From contig LBTB01000006.1 in NCBI GenBank assembly GCA_000989305.1, positions 66,448-130,447 of the forward strand: a stretch of 64,000 nucleotides of DNA. Reading direction: 5' to 3'. A program made the translations under genes and the position numbers. Shown here piece after piece: positions 8,660-18,414 of this stretch. Under the pieces are notes generated by a model. That model worked only from the letters and a program-made list of their open reading frames with translations, had not been told where the DNA came from and did no database searches. The stretch comes from Candidatus Shapirobacteria bacterium GW2011_GWF2_37_20 (GTDB lineage Bacteria; Patescibacteriota; Microgenomatia; UBA12405). Numbering within the stretch: position 1 is the stretch's first letter; the number at the start of each line of letters is the position of its first letter.

Positions 8660-8666
8660 CAAACAA

Positions 8667-8696
8667 AAATCCCCCTTTCGGGGGATTTAAATTTTT
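8667..8696. terminator. Bidirectional rho-independent terminator between convergent genes (stem AAATCCCCC / GGGGGATTT, loop TTTC, T-runs on both sides)
   Basis: Read directly from the sequence. Confidence 0.55.
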
Positions 8697-8705
8697 CGAT
8701 TAAAA

Positions 8706-9314
8706 TTAGCGAATAACGACTTTGGCAGTCTTTTGAAGTTCAGTAAACCAATTGTTGATGGCGGTATTTTTTGCCTCGGAGCTTAATTGTTCTCTAGCAA
8801 TTGTTTCCAATTGTTCTTTGGTATAAGTTGTGGGGTAAGACGATTTATTGGTTTTTACGAAATCATCAATCTGGCTTTGAGAAATTTCAATGCTGGGATT
8901 GGCTAATTTTTCAACTAGCTTTTGAATACGAATTTGATCTTCAAGATCACCTCGGGTCATGCCTTCGGCGGCCAGAGCAGACTCCAGAGTTTCACCCTGA
9001 GTTTTTATTTGAGCTTCGATGGTGGCGATTTCAGTGTCAATTTCACTTTTATCAACGGAGATACCTTTTTTAGCAGCTTCTTGGAAGACAAGAGCTTCGT
9101 TGGCCATTTGTCTAATGGTTACTTTTTTATCAAGTTTTTCAAGATAGCGAAGATAGGCAGTTCTGGAAATAGGGGCGCCGTTGACGGTAGCAACAATTCC
9201 AAAACGATAATAGGCATAAAGGGCGGCAACGATTAGGACAAAGGCAATTAAAGGAAAAAGAAATCTGCGGGATTTAATTTGAGTTTTGACGACATTCTTG
9301 CTTATTTTTTTCAT
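8706..9314 (-). CDS. Membrane-anchored SurA N-terminal-domain chaperone-like protein (no PPIase domain)
   Basis: N-terminal TM helix then a helical SurA_N-like region (IATVNG-x-PIS-x-x-Y). Confidence 0.5.
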   Translation of the reverse strand: MKKISKNVVKTQIKSRRFLFPLIAFVLIVAALYAYYRFGIVATVNGAPISRTAYLRYLEKLDKKVTIRQMANEALVFQEAAKKGISVDKSEIDTEIATIEAQIKTQGETLESALAAEGMTRGDLEDQIRIQKLVEKLANPSIEISQSQIDDFVKTNKSSYPTTYTKEQLETIAREQLSSEAKNTAINNWFTELQKTAKVVIR

Positions 9315-9360
9315 GAAATCAGTATAACATCACAGAATCAAGAAAGAAAAGAGCTTAGCA

Positions 9361-10647
9361 TTAAGGGTCGATGAAAGTGAGGGCGTAACCTTTTTGATCA
9401 GCCCGACCGGTACGGCCAATGCGGTGAATATAATCATCGTAAGTGGCAGGTTGGTCAAAATTAATGACGTGAGTGATGTTGTGAATATCAAGTCCACGAG
9501 CGGCCACATCGGTAGCTACCACAATTTTTAGTTGATCTTCTTTAAAGCCACGGATAACTGAAACTCGCTGACTTTGACGCTTGTCTCCATGAAGTGAGTC
9601 AACGGAAAAACCTTGTGACTTTAGAGAAAGGGTTAGTTTTTCAGCATAAAGTTTAGTTGAGGTGAAAACTAGAACCTTTTTAAATTCTTCCTGTTTTAAT
9701 AGCTTGCAGAGAGTTCCCTCTTTTTCGTAACGGGGAACTCGAACAACATCCTGCTCAACATGAGAAGAGGTGGGAGTAGTTTTTAGAGCTACCTTAACCG
9801 GATTTTTAAGAAAAGTATCAATTAATATTTCGATCTTTTTGTCCACAGTTGCGGAGAAAAATAGAGTTTGGTGGGCCTGAGTAATCTGAGAAACAATGGA
9901 TTTAATATCAGCCACAAAACCCATATCTAACATTCGGTCAACTTCGTCTAAAACTAAAGTATCGAACTGGGCAAAATTGATGACTCGACGACGATTTAAA
10001 TCCATAATCCGGCCAGGAGTACCAATGATAACATTGGGGCCACGACGGATATCCATAATTTGTTCACGCATGAAAGCACCTCCAATAGCTAGAGCAAAAT
10101 AGACCCTAAGGCCTGGGGTAAAATCACGAAAATCACTTTTAATTTGTTGAGCCAATTCTCGAGTAGGAGCCAAAATTAAAATTCTTTTATTAGGATTTTT
10201 GATAATGGCATTAATTAGGGGCAAAGCAAAAGCGGCAGTTTTACCGGTACCAGTATTGGCAACACCCAAAACGTCACGACCGGCTAGAACTTCTGAAATT
10301 AACTGATCCTGAATCGGAGTAGGTTTAAGATAACCCTTGGCCTTAATGTTGGCTAAGAGTTGGGGGTCGAAATTAAAGTCTGCAAATGAATGGACGGGAT
10401 TTGTTTCTTCGATTTTAGTAAATTCCTCGGCTCTTTTAACAAAAAGGGCGGGATTAATGATATTGCCAAAACGACGACGGGGACCACCACGGGAAGGACC
10501 GGAAAAACGAGAAGATCCGGAAAAGCCGCCACGGGATGGACCACGAGAAGAATAAGAACGAGAAGGTCCCCGAGAGGGAGAAGAGGGTCTTTGACTAAAA
10601 TTAGAAAAAGTACGCGCAGGACGAGATGTAGTATTTTGTTGATACAT
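9361..10647 (-). CDS. DEAD-box ATP-dependent RNA helicase with an N-terminal RS/RGG-rich low-complexity extension
   Basis: Q-motif, AxTGTGKT (motif I), DEVD (II), SAT (III), HRIGRTGR (VI). Start set at ATG 10647 because the track start at 10674 is TTG. Confidence 0.85.
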   Translation of the reverse strand: MYQQNTTSRPARTFSNFSQRPSSPSRGPSRSYSSRGPSRGGFSGSSRFSGPSRGGPRRRFGNIINPALFVKRAEEFTKIEETNPVHSFADFNFDPQLLANIKAKGYLKPTPIQDQLISEVLAGRDVLGVANTGTGKTAAFALPLINAIIKNPNKRILILAPTRELAQQIKSDFRDFTPGLRVYFALAIGGAFMREQIMDIRRGPNVIIGTPGRIMDLNRRRVINFAQFDTLVLDEVDRMLDMGFVADIKSIVSQITQAHQTLFFSATVDKKIEILIDTFLKNPVKVALKTTPTSSHVEQDVVRVPRYEKEGTLCKLLKQEEFKKVLVFTSTKLYAEKLTLSLKSQGFSVDSLHGDKRQSQRVSVIRGFKEDQLKIVVATDVAARGLDIHNITHVINFDQPATYDDYIHRIGRTGRADQKGYALTFIDP

Positions 10648-10776
10648 AATAATTGATGAGCTTTGGGCCCACAATTATTAAGTCACAAACTAAAAGCGTG
10701 TGCAGGGGCGTTCGCAAATCAGATGGTAGTCTAACACAGATAAAAAATATGTCAAATTATAGGATAAAATAGAGCA

Positions 10777-11058
10777 ATGAACAAAGGAATATTTTTGAAA
10801 ATTAGGGAAGAAGTAAAAAAGATCCCGAAAGGTGAAACGAGAAGTTACGGAGAAATTGCCAGAATAGTAGGCACAAATGCCCATGTTGTGGGCTTCGCCC
10901 TGCGGGGAAACGAGGATATGACAATCCCCTGCCACAGAGTCATTAAAACAAACGGCGAAGTTGCCGATAAATTTTCATTGGGTAACTGGCCGGAACAAAA
11001 ACGGAGACTGGAGGAAGAAGGTATAAAGTTTAAAGGCAGAAGAATTATAGTAAAATAG
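10777..11058 (+). CDS. ogt: Short methylated-DNA-protein-cysteine methyltransferase (MGMT C-terminal domain only, active-site PCHRV)
   Basis: TIPCHRVI active-site motif with acceptor Cys present. Confidence 0.75.
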   Translation: MNKGIFLKIREEVKKIPKGETRSYGEIARIVGTNAHVVGFALRGNEDMTIPCHRVIKTNGEVADKFSLGNWPEQKRRLEEEGIKFKGRRIIVK

Positions 11059-11064
11059 AGCATT

Positions 11065-12648
11065 ATGGAAAAAGTGATTACAGTTAAAATCGCCGGGCCG
11101 GCAGGAACAGGAATAAAGTCAGCTGGTTTACTCTTAGCTCAGGTATTGAATGAAAGCGGCTATTATTTAAAGGATTATTCGGAATACCCCTCGTTAGTCC
11201 GGGGTGGACACAACACTTATCAAGTAAGTTTTTCGGTGAATGAAGTTTATTGTGTTCACAAAATGGTTGATATTTTTGTCAGTCTGGCAAAGAACCATTG
11301 GCAAGAACATGAAAAGGAGTTTACAAAAAATACATTAGTTTTTGCCGATAGTGACGGTAAAACAGATATTCCCCTTAGAGAAATGTGTGGTCAACTGGGG
11401 GGTTCAATTTATACCAACACGATAACTTTAGGTTTAATTTCATATTTACTTGACCTCAATAAAGAACTTGCTAAAAGTATTCTTAAAAAACATTTTGGTG
11501 ATGACTCCATAAATATAAATGCTTTTGAGGCGGGATATTTATGGGGAGAAAATAACTGTCAAAAGATAGCCACAGATAAGGGTGGAAACAAGGAAAAGAA
11601 AATTATTTTAGATGGCAACGAAGCTGTTGGTTGGGGCTTATATAAAGCCGACTTAGATATGTTTGTAGCCTACCCTATGACCCCGGCCACAGGCCTATTG
11701 CACTTTTTGGCAAAGAATCAAGACGAATTTAAACTAAAGGTAATTCATCCCGAAGACGAGATTGCCGTAGCTTCAATTGCCTCAGGGGCGTCAATGGCGG
11801 GTGCCAGGGCGGCCGTAGGCACTTCAGGTGGTGGTTTTGCACTAATGACGGAAACAATTAGCCTAGATGCAATGGCGGGCCTGGGAGTGGTCTATTATCT
11901 ATCGCAACGACCCGGTCCGGCGACAGGAATGCCAACCTGGACAGCTCAGGGTGATTTATTGTTTGCAGTTCACAGTGGTCACGGAGAGTTTCCAAAAATA
12001 GTTTTGGCTCCAGGAGACTGGAATGAAGCTTATGAATTTGGAAAACTATCATTGAACTTGGCTAACAAATTCGATATTCCGGTAATTTTACTTTCTGATA
12101 AGAATCTGTCGGAATCGAGCACTAACATAAAAGATTTCACTTCGGATAAAGCTGAGATTGTGGCTAGCAATAAAGTAATTCCGGGAAAGAGAGACAAAAT
12201 TAAACTTTATAACAGCTATGAACACGACGAAGAAGGGTTTTCCATCGAAGGGGCAGAAGAAAGTAAAAAAATGGCTGATTTAAGGCTGAAAAAGAGTAAA
12301 GAGATTTTAAAGGAAATGCCAAAGGTTAATCTGTTTGGCAATGATAAGGCCAAAAAACTAATTGTGTCTTGGGGATCAACTAAGGGGGCAATTTTAGAAA
12401 CTCTAAGAGAAATGAAGAACAGGGAAGATTTTGCTTTTTTACAAATCAGAGGCATGTGGCCAATTGACCCAAAGGTTAGTCAAATAATTAATGCTTTTTC
12501 CGAAAAGATATTAGTGGAAAATAATGCTACGGGACAATTAGAAGCTTTACTTAAATCACAAATGACAGTCGAATTTACGAAAAGAATATTAAAATATGAC
12601 GGGAGACCGTTTTTTCCAGAAGAACTAAAGGAGGCCTTAAATGACTAA
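11065..12648 (+). CDS. korA: 2-oxoacid:ferredoxin oxidoreductase alpha subunit (Kor/Por family)
   Basis: Kor/Por alpha-subunit motifs throughout. 8-nt overlap with the beta subunit. Confidence 0.8.
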   Translation: MEKVITVKIAGPAGTGIKSAGLLLAQVLNESGYYLKDYSEYPSLVRGGHNTYQVSFSVNEVYCVHKMVDIFVSLAKNHWQEHEKEFTKNTLVFADSDGKTDIPLREMCGQLGGSIYTNTITLGLISYLLDLNKELAKSILKKHFGDDSININAFEAGYLWGENNCQKIATDKGGNKEKKIILDGNEAVGWGLYKADLDMFVAYPMTPATGLLHFLAKNQDEFKLKVIHPEDEIAVASIASGASMAGARAAVGTSGGGFALMTETISLDAMAGLGVVYYLSQRPGPATGMPTWTAQGDLLFAVHSGHGEFPKIVLAPGDWNEAYEFGKLSLNLANKFDIPVILLSDKNLSESSTNIKDFTSDKAEIVASNKVIPGKRDKIKLYNSYEHDEEGFSIEGAEESKKMADLRLKKSKEILKEMPKVNLFGNDKAKKLIVSWGSTKGAILETLREMKNREDFAFLQIRGMWPIDPKVSQIINAFSEKILVENNATGQLEALLKSQMTVEFTKRILKYDGRPFFPEELKEALND

Positions 12649-13258
12649 TTGGCGATCGGGAGTAATTCCCACTTGGTGTCCGGGTTGTGAAGATTTTATT
12701 ATCTATGCCGGATTACAGAATACACTAGCAAAATTAAACATGGATCAGGACAAAACTGTTATCGTTTACGACATTGGTTGTATCGGCAACATGGCTGATT
12801 TTGTTAAAGCCTGGGGAATACATTCATTACACGGCCGAAGTGTACCAACGGGGGTTGGAATAAAATTGGCCAATCCTGAATTAAATGTAATTGTAATTGG
12901 TGGAGATGGCGGAGTTTATGGAGAGGGTTTAAGTCATTTGATTGCCGCGGCCAGACTTAATATTGATATTACGGTCATCGTGGCAAATAACCAACTTTAT
13001 TCCCTGACTACCGGTCAAAGTAGTCCAACAACTCCAAAGGGTTCTAAAACAAAATCAACTCCAAAGGGTGTAGAAAGTGTACCAGTAGTGCCATTGGAAT
13101 TGATAAAAGCCGTTAACCCCGAGGCCTTGGCTCAACATGTCAGTTGCCTTGAACCCTTAAAAGTGGCTGAAGCGATGGAAAAGGCGATTAAACATCAAGG
13201 TTTTGATTTATTAGACCTTGATCAATTATGTGTCAGTTTCGGTAAGCAATTAAGATAA
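12641..13258 (+). CDS. korB: 2-oxoacid:ferredoxin oxidoreductase beta subunit (TPP-binding)
   Basis: CPGCED N-terminal Cys motif, GCIGN, and the TPP-binding GGDG...N motif. Confidence 0.8.
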   Translation: MTNWRSGVIPTWCPGCEDFIIYAGLQNTLAKLNMDQDKTVIVYDIGCIGNMADFVKAWGIHSLHGRSVPTGVGIKLANPELNVIVIGGDGGVYGEGLSHLIAAARLNIDITVIVANNQLYSLTTGQSSPTTPKGSKTKSTPKGVESVPVVPLELIKAVNPEALAQHVSCLEPLKVAEAMEKAIKHQGFDLLDLDQLCVSFGKQLR

Positions 13259-13262
13259 AGCA

Positions 13263-13421
13263 ATGACAAAGAAAAACAAAGACCAAGAGTTATTGGTGGT
13301 GTCGAAATTTTTTGAAGAAGCTGGTGATGTGGAAAAACGCTATAAAGCATTGAAAAAGACGATCAAAAACATCAAAAAATTTAATGAAGCTCAGATTAAG
13401 GGTAAAGTGGCAGAGGCTTAA
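13263..13421 (+). CDS. Possible small Lys-rich protein (52 aa, MTKKNKDQELLVVSKFFEEAGDVEKRYKALKK...)
   Basis: Uninterrupted ATG-initiated frame in the korB-uppP gap; below the ORF-track length cutoff. No homology recognised. Confidence 0.2.
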   Translation: MTKKNKDQELLVVSKFFEEAGDVEKRYKALKKTIKNIKKFNEAQIKGKVAEA

Positions 13422-14146
13422 AGTAGAAAAAACAGGAGTAGGGCGAGGATAATAGTGTAAATCCCAAAGTACCAGATCTGACGACGTTTGAGGAATTTTT
13501 GTAATAATTTCAGGGCTATGATTCCGACAATGAAGGTCAGCAAGAAGGCAAAAAGATACTGGGAGGTAATAAGGGCGGTAACATCCAAATCCTTGTAACC
13601 TAATAGTATTGCTCCTATGGATGCGGGGATGAATAGAGCAAAGGAAAAATTAAAAGCAGTTACTGGAGAGAGACCTAGGGCAAGACCAGTGGCAATAGTA
13701 GTACCGGCACGGGAAACACCAGGAAAAATAGCAAAGGCCTGAGAAAAACCAACAATAAAAGCTTGAATTAGACTAATTTCTGATTTCTCGCCCTTAGATT
13801 TTTTAGTGGAAAACAAAATCAGTGAATTGATAAGGAAAAATAATGGCAAAAGCCAAATATTGGAAAATACTGATTCGACCGTATCTTTGAGGAAAAAACC
13901 GACCAGGGTAGCAGGAATGGAGGCAATAATAATTTGGGGTAAATGAGAAAAGAAAAATTTTATTTGATTTCGAAAAAAGAAAAGGACTGATAAGAGGGTG
14001 GCAGTGTTTAAAAAAATGTCAAAAGATAATGAAGGCGTAAAACCAAAAAAATGTTGAAACAAATTGAGGTGCCCCGATGAGGAAACGGGTAAAAATTCAG
14101 TAACACCCTGAGTCAGAGCAAGAATTATGGTTTGAATTAAAGACAT
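13418..14146 (-). CDS. uppP: Undecaprenyl-diphosphate phosphatase (BacA/UppP)
   Basis: LTQGVTEFLPVSSSGHL and GVSRAGTTI signature motifs. Confidence 0.85.
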   Translation of the reverse strand: MSLIQTIILALTQGVTEFLPVSSSGHLNLFQHFFGFTPSLSFDIFLNTATLLSVLFFFRNQIKFFFSHLPQIIIASIPATLVGFFLKDTVESVFSNIWLLPLFFLINSLILFSTKKSKGEKSEISLIQAFIVGFSQAFAIFPGVSRAGTTIATGLALGLSPVTAFNFSFALFIPASIGAILLGYKDLDVTALITSQYLFAFLLTFIVGIIALKLLQKFLKRRQIWYFGIYTIILALLLFFLL

Positions 14147-14155
14147 AAGTTATTA

Positions 14156-14185
14156 TACAAAAAACTCCCCGATGTTCTTCGGGGA
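14156..14185 (-). terminator. Rho-independent terminator downstream of rpsI (stem TCCCCGA / TCGGGGA, then a T-run on the minus strand)
   Basis: Read directly from the sequence. Confidence 0.5.
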
Positions 14186-14209
14186 ATTTTGATTTCAAGA
14201 CAACAAAGC

Positions 14210-14626
14210 TTAACGCTTTGGAGATTGTTTTTTACGACGGGCTTTACCACCAGTACCAACCATGCGACGCTCACGAACACGGGCATCAACGGTAAGTAAA
14301 CCTGCCTGAGCTAAAAGTAGAGTCATGTCGGGATTACCTTTTTTGAGAGCTCGAGAGATGGCAAGAATTAGAGCCGCTAATTGGCCGGTTCTACCACCAC
14401 CAACGATTTTGGCGGCGAAATGAAATTTATTTTCAGTCTCAGTGGTTTTGAAAGGAAGCTCGAGGCGGGTAAAGGTTAGGGGAAAATATTTATTTACAGG
14501 ACGGGTATTAATAGTTGAGTCGCCTTTTCCCTTAAATAATTTCACAGAGGCTACGGCCGACTTGCGACGACCAAGAGCGTAGACATAAGCATTAGTTGTT
14601 TTTTTGGATGTTTTGGGAGTAGCCAT
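14210..14626 (-). CDS. rpsI: 30S ribosomal protein S9
   Basis: C-terminal GGKARRKKQSPKR and overall uS9 homology. Confidence 0.9.
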   Translation of the reverse strand: MATPKTSKKTTNAYVYALGRRKSAVASVKLFKGKGDSTINTRPVNKYFPLTFTRLELPFKTTETENKFHFAAKIVGGGRTGQLAALILAISRALKKGNPDMTLLLAQAGLLTVDARVRERRMVGTGGKARRKKQSPKR

Positions 14627-14628
14627 AG

Positions 14629-15051
14629 TTATTTACCTATTTTATCAGTATATTTATGTTCTGCATTCGCATAAATTTTTAAACGTCGCATTCTTAGGGA
14701 GCGAAGGTGGTTTTTAGGAATCATACCGTGAACCGCAAATTCAATAACTTTACGGGGATCTTTGACCATTAATTCTTTTAGACTCATTTCTTTTAAATGT
14801 CCGGCGTAACCTGTGTGATGATAATAAATTTTTTGTTTTAATTTTTTACCAGTGACAACAATGTCTTTGGCGTTAATAGCCACAACATAATCACCATCAT
14901 CGCGATGATAAGAGAAAGTAACTTTGTTTTTTCCCATAAGAATGGCGGCAATTTCAGTAGCGGCACGACCCAAGGTTTTACCTGATAAATCGATTAAAAC
15001 CCAGGAACGGACCGGATTACTGCCTTTTAAAACGGTGGTTTTAGTTTTCAT
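14629..15051 (-). CDS. rplM: 50S ribosomal protein L13
   Basis: uL13 homology (WVLIDLSGKTLGR). Confidence 0.9.
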   Translation of the reverse strand: MKTKTTVLKGSNPVRSWVLIDLSGKTLGRAATEIAAILMGKNKVTFSYHRDDGDYVVAINAKDIVVTGKKLKQKIYYHHTGYAGHLKEMSLKELMVKDPRKVIEFAVHGMIPKNHLRSLRMRRLKIYANAEHKYTDKIGK

Positions 15052-15563
15052 TATTTAGTCTCCTTTTTAGCAACTGCTTTCTTTTTGACTGTAACTTTTT
15101 TAGCAATTTCTTTTTTAACCACTTCTTTTTTACCACCAAAAGATTTTTTAATTTTATCGGAGGCGGTTTTACGGTCTTCTTTGGAAATAACTTTAGGAAG
15201 ACTGTTTACTTCTTTGATAAAACTCAATCTAACAATTAAAGCGTCATCACCTTGACGACGTTTAACATTTTTAAGTTCGGTAAAATTTTGAGTCTGGCCA
15301 GGGAAAGTAGCAGAAAAGGCAGAAACAATATTATTGACAACATTTCTGTCCTGAAAAAAGGTAAAGATGTAGCGACGGGAATTAAGATCAGCCCGAACGG
15401 CAGCGGCGGCAATTTTTTCAGCCAAAGGAAGAATAGATTTTGCCTTAGCGTCAGTAGTATTGATAAAGCCGTTGGTAAACAAACTGCGCAATTGAGAACG
15501 ATAGAGCGATTGACGCTCGTTGATATTACGACCTAAATGGCGACCGGAAATTCGATGTCTCAT
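15051..15563 (-). CDS. rplQ: 50S ribosomal protein L17 (with a Lys-rich C-terminal tail)
   Basis: MRHRISGRHLGRN...LFTNG bL17 signature. Confidence 0.9.
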   Translation of the reverse strand: MRHRISGRHLGRNINERQSLYRSQLRSLFTNGFINTTDAKAKSILPLAEKIAAAAVRADLNSRRYIFTFFQDRNVVNNIVSAFSATFPGQTQNFTELKNVKRRQGDDALIVRLSFIKEVNSLPKVISKEDRKTASDKIKKSFGGKKEVVKKEIAKKVTVKKKAVAKKETK

Positions 15564-15566
15564 TGC

Positions 15567-16487
15567 TTATTTGTTCCAAGAAAAGCCTTTTTCTTTGAGC
15601 CAGGCATCAATAATTTTTAATGATTTTTCACCAACATTTTTGGCTTTACTGACATCAGAACGTCCAGCTTTGACCAAGGCGTCAATAGTAAGATAGCCTG
15701 CTTTTTTGAGGGCATTTGTAACCCGAAGAGGTAATTCGATTTCTTCAACAGAAATTTCAGCCAATTGATTGATAGGCATTGAATCCAGAGTGATAACTTC
15801 ATCGTCAAATTCCCGAGTATCAACGATTTGACTAAGAGCATTCATCAAATCTTTGGTAGCGGCTTTTAGGGCATCAAGTGGTTCAACGGAGGCATCGGTC
15901 CATATTTCCATGGTTAATTTATCGTAGTTACTTTTTTTGCCCAAACGGGTAGGTTCAACTGTGTAGTTGGCTTTAAGAACTGGAGTGAAGGTTGAATCAA
16001 GAATGATTTCACCAACAATGTCAGTTTTTTGTTCACGAGCCAGGGTATAACCAACACCGCGCTCAATGGTCATCTCAATTTTGAGATGAGCTTTGTCATC
16101 GGTTAGGGTGGCAATAACCTGATCGGGATTAGCAACTTTACAGACAGTATTATCAGCAATATCAGCGGCAGTAACAACTCCCTTTCCTTTTTTGTCTAAA
16201 AGTAAGACAATTGGCTCATCTTTGGAGTAAGCGAATTTGATTTTTTTAAGGTTAAGAGAAACTTCAACCAAATCTTCTTTGACTCCAGGGAGAGTGGTGA
16301 AAAGATGAGTAATACCGTTAATTTTGATACGAGTAATAGCGGCACCAGGGATAGTGATGAGTAAAATACGACGAAGACTGTTCCCTAAGGTGTGGCCCAA
16401 TCCACCAACAAGAGGACTTAGTTCAAATTTACCGTATGAAGCGGTTTGTTTAATAGTTTTGATATGGAATCGGCTGGTGTCGATCAT
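15567..16487 (-). CDS. rpoA: DNA-directed RNA polymerase alpha subunit
   Basis: N-terminal assembly domain plus C-terminal domain (LSVRTANALK-like VTNALKKAG) homology. Confidence 0.9.
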   Translation of the reverse strand: MIDTSRFHIKTIKQTASYGKFELSPLVGGLGHTLGNSLRRILLITIPGAAITRIKINGITHLFTTLPGVKEDLVEVSLNLKKIKFAYSKDEPIVLLLDKKGKGVVTAADIADNTVCKVANPDQVIATLTDDKAHLKIEMTIERGVGYTLAREQKTDIVGEIILDSTFTPVLKANYTVEPTRLGKKSNYDKLTMEIWTDASVEPLDALKAATKDLMNALSQIVDTREFDDEVITLDSMPINQLAEISVEEIELPLRVTNALKKAGYLTIDALVKAGRSDVSKAKNVGEKSLKIIDAWLKEKGFSWNK

Positions 16488-16501
16488 AGGTTTCTCCTTT
16501 G

Positions 16502-17131
16502 TTATCTTGAATAATATTCAATAATTAAATTAACATCGATCCCGTTTTGATCCTGATCGATAATGGGAAGTGCAAGTATTTTGGCGGAAGTTTTGGATTT
16601 ATTAAGATCAATCCATTCCGGTGCTTTAAAATCTTTGTCGGCATATTTAAAAGAATCGTCAGACTTTTCGACAATTTTTGGTTTGAGTGTAATAATATCA
16701 CCGATTTTAACAGAATAAGAAGAGATGTTTAAGGGAGATCCGTTGACAAGAACACTTTTGTGACTAATTAATTGTTTGGCATGACTTCGAGATAGACACA
16801 GACCAGCGGCGTAGACAACATTATCAAGTCTTCTTTCTAAAAGAATCATTAAGTTGTCACCAACTAATCCCTTGATTTTTTTAGCCTGAGTAAAATAGTT
16901 TTTGAATTGAGTTTCGGCGACACCGTAAATACGTTTGGCTTTTTGTTTGGCACGAAGTTGAATACCGTAGTCAGTGGGCTTTTTACCTCTTTTCAGACCG
17001 TGCATGCCGGGCTTAATAGCACCCTTTTTTTCTAATGGACACTTAGGGGAAAAACAACGAGCACCCTTAAGATAGAGCTTAACACCCTCTGCTCGACAAA
17101 GACGACATTTTGTATCTAGTGTACTTCTCAT
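16502..17131 (-). CDS. rpsD: 30S ribosomal protein S4
   Basis: CRLCRAEGVKLYLKGARCFSPKC zinc-finger-like N-terminus; S4 domain. Confidence 0.9.
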   Translation of the reverse strand: MRSTLDTKCRLCRAEGVKLYLKGARCFSPKCPLEKKGAIKPGMHGLKRGKKPTDYGIQLRAKQKAKRIYGVAETQFKNYFTQAKKIKGLVGDNLMILLERRLDNVVYAAGLCLSRSHAKQLISHKSVLVNGSPLNISSYSVKIGDIITLKPKIVEKSDDSFKYADKDFKAPEWIDLNKSKTSAKILALPIIDQDQNGIDVNLIIEYYSR

Positions 17132-17138
17132 AATTTAA

Positions 17139-17582
17139 TTAAACTCGACGAGCCTTTGGAGGCCGGGGTCCATTGTGGGGAACCGGGGTAACATCGGCAA
17201 TAAGATCGACTTCGAAATCACGTTTAGTGCGAAGATAACGAAGGGCGGCATCTCGGCCAGTACCCGGACCTTTTAGATAAACAGCTAACTTTTTAATACC
17301 ATATTGACGAACACCATCAAGAGCCTTTTCAATAGCGGTGGTTGCGGCATAAGGAGTTGATTTGCGTGAACCCTTAAAACCACACTGACCGGAACTGGAC
17401 CAAGCCAAAGTGTTACCGTTGGCATCGGTAATAGTGACGATAGTATTGTTGAAGCTTGACTGAATATAGAGCCGACCTTCAGCAATGCTTTTAATAACTT
17501 TTTTGGCAACTTTTTTGACACCAGAGGTGGATCCGCTTTTGGCGGAGACGACTGGAGTAGTAGTTTTAGAAGTGGTATCCAT
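17139..17582 (-). CDS. rpsK: 30S ribosomal protein S11
   Basis: uS11 homology (GRLYIQSSFNNTIVTITD). Confidence 0.9.
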   Translation of the reverse strand: MDTTSKTTTPVVSAKSGSTSGVKKVAKKVIKSIAEGRLYIQSSFNNTIVTITDANGNTLAWSSSGQCGFKGSRKSTPYAATTAIEKALDGVRQYGIKKLAVYLKGPGTGRDAALRYLRTKRDFEVDLIADVTPVPHNGPRPPKARRV

Positions 17583-17585
17583 ATA

Positions 17586-18014
17586 TTATTTTTTTGCAGG
17601 AGCAGTAGCGGCGGCGGCACCCTTTTGTTGAGTTTCGATTTTTGCCCAAGCTTCCTTGGTAAGTGAACCAACAGTTTTCTTTCTACCTTTTCGGGTACGG
17701 GAATTGGTTTTGGTTCTTTGTCCACGGACAGGAAGAGAAACAAGGTGACGGACGCCACGATAACATTTAATAGCTTTTAATCGATCAATATTTTCACGAA
17801 TTTCTCTCTTTAAGTCTCCTTCAGTTCGAAACTCTTCAAGGGCTTTCATTAAGGTACCAATATCATCACGGGTTAAAGTCTTTATTCTGGCATTCAGGTC
17901 GATACCGGCTTTTTTAGCCAATTCGACGACATTTTTAGGACCAATGCCGAAAAAGCGAGTTAAAGCTACTTGGGCTCTTTCATTATCGGGGATTTCAATT
18001 CCGGAAATTCTCAT
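17586..18014 (-). CDS. rpsM: 30S ribosomal protein S13
   Basis: MRISGIEIP start and uS13 homology. Start trimmed from track value 18056 to ATG 18014. Confidence 0.9.
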   Translation of the reverse strand: MRISGIEIPDNERAQVALTRFFGIGPKNVVELAKKAGIDLNARIKTLTRDDIGTLMKALEEFRTEGDLKREIRENIDRLKAIKCYRGVRHLVSLPVRGQRTKTNSRTRKGRKKTVGSLTKEAWAKIETQQKGAAAATAPAKK

Positions 18015-18019
18015 AAAAA

Positions 18020-18133
18020 TTAACCCTGCTTTTGGGTATGTCTTTTTGTTAAACAAATAACACGCTTAACACCCCGTCGAATAACGATTTTACAGTTCTT
18101 GCAGCGGCGTTTTATGCTTGATTTAACTTTCAT
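18020..18133 (-). CDS. rpmJ: 50S ribosomal protein L36 (37 aa, Zn-ribbon C4 type)
   Basis: Translated by hand: [37 protein letters not shown], a canonical bL36. Below the ORF-track cutoff. Confidence 0.85.
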   Translation of the reverse strand: MKVKSSIKRRCKNCKIVIRRGVKRVICLTKRHTQKQG

Positions 18134-18190
18134 AAACTTTAGACTTTGGTATTGTAACCTAAACTGTGAATAATATCAAAGAGTAAATTA

Positions 18191-18388
18191 CTAAAAAGTG
18201 ATGCGACCTTTGTTGCCATCAGGTGACAAAACCAAGGAAACGGTGTCTCCGGCTAGACAACGGATGTGGTGCATCTTGAGTTTTCCCGCTAAATAGCAGA
18301 CAATAACGCGCCCATCTTCGAGCTTGACCCGAAACAATTGATCGGGTAAAACTTCAGTGACAGTACCTTTGACTTGTGCTTCTTTCAT
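18191..18388 (-). CDS. infA: Translation initiation factor IF-1
   Basis: S1-like OB fold: GTVTEVLPDQLFRVKLEDGRVIVCYLAGKLK. Confidence 0.9.
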   Translation of the reverse strand: MKEAQVKGTVTEVLPDQLFRVKLEDGRVIVCYLAGKLKMHHIRCLAGDTVSLVLSPDGNKGRITF

Positions 18389-18414
18389 TTATTTTAAATT
18401 TATAATTAGTGAAT

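Noticed and set aside
10337-10656. Plus-strand ORFs encoding Arg/Gly/Pro-rich peptides opposite the helicase N-terminus
   Set aside because: They are the antisense image of the RS/RGG-rich low-complexity region of the DEAD-box helicase, not independent genes.
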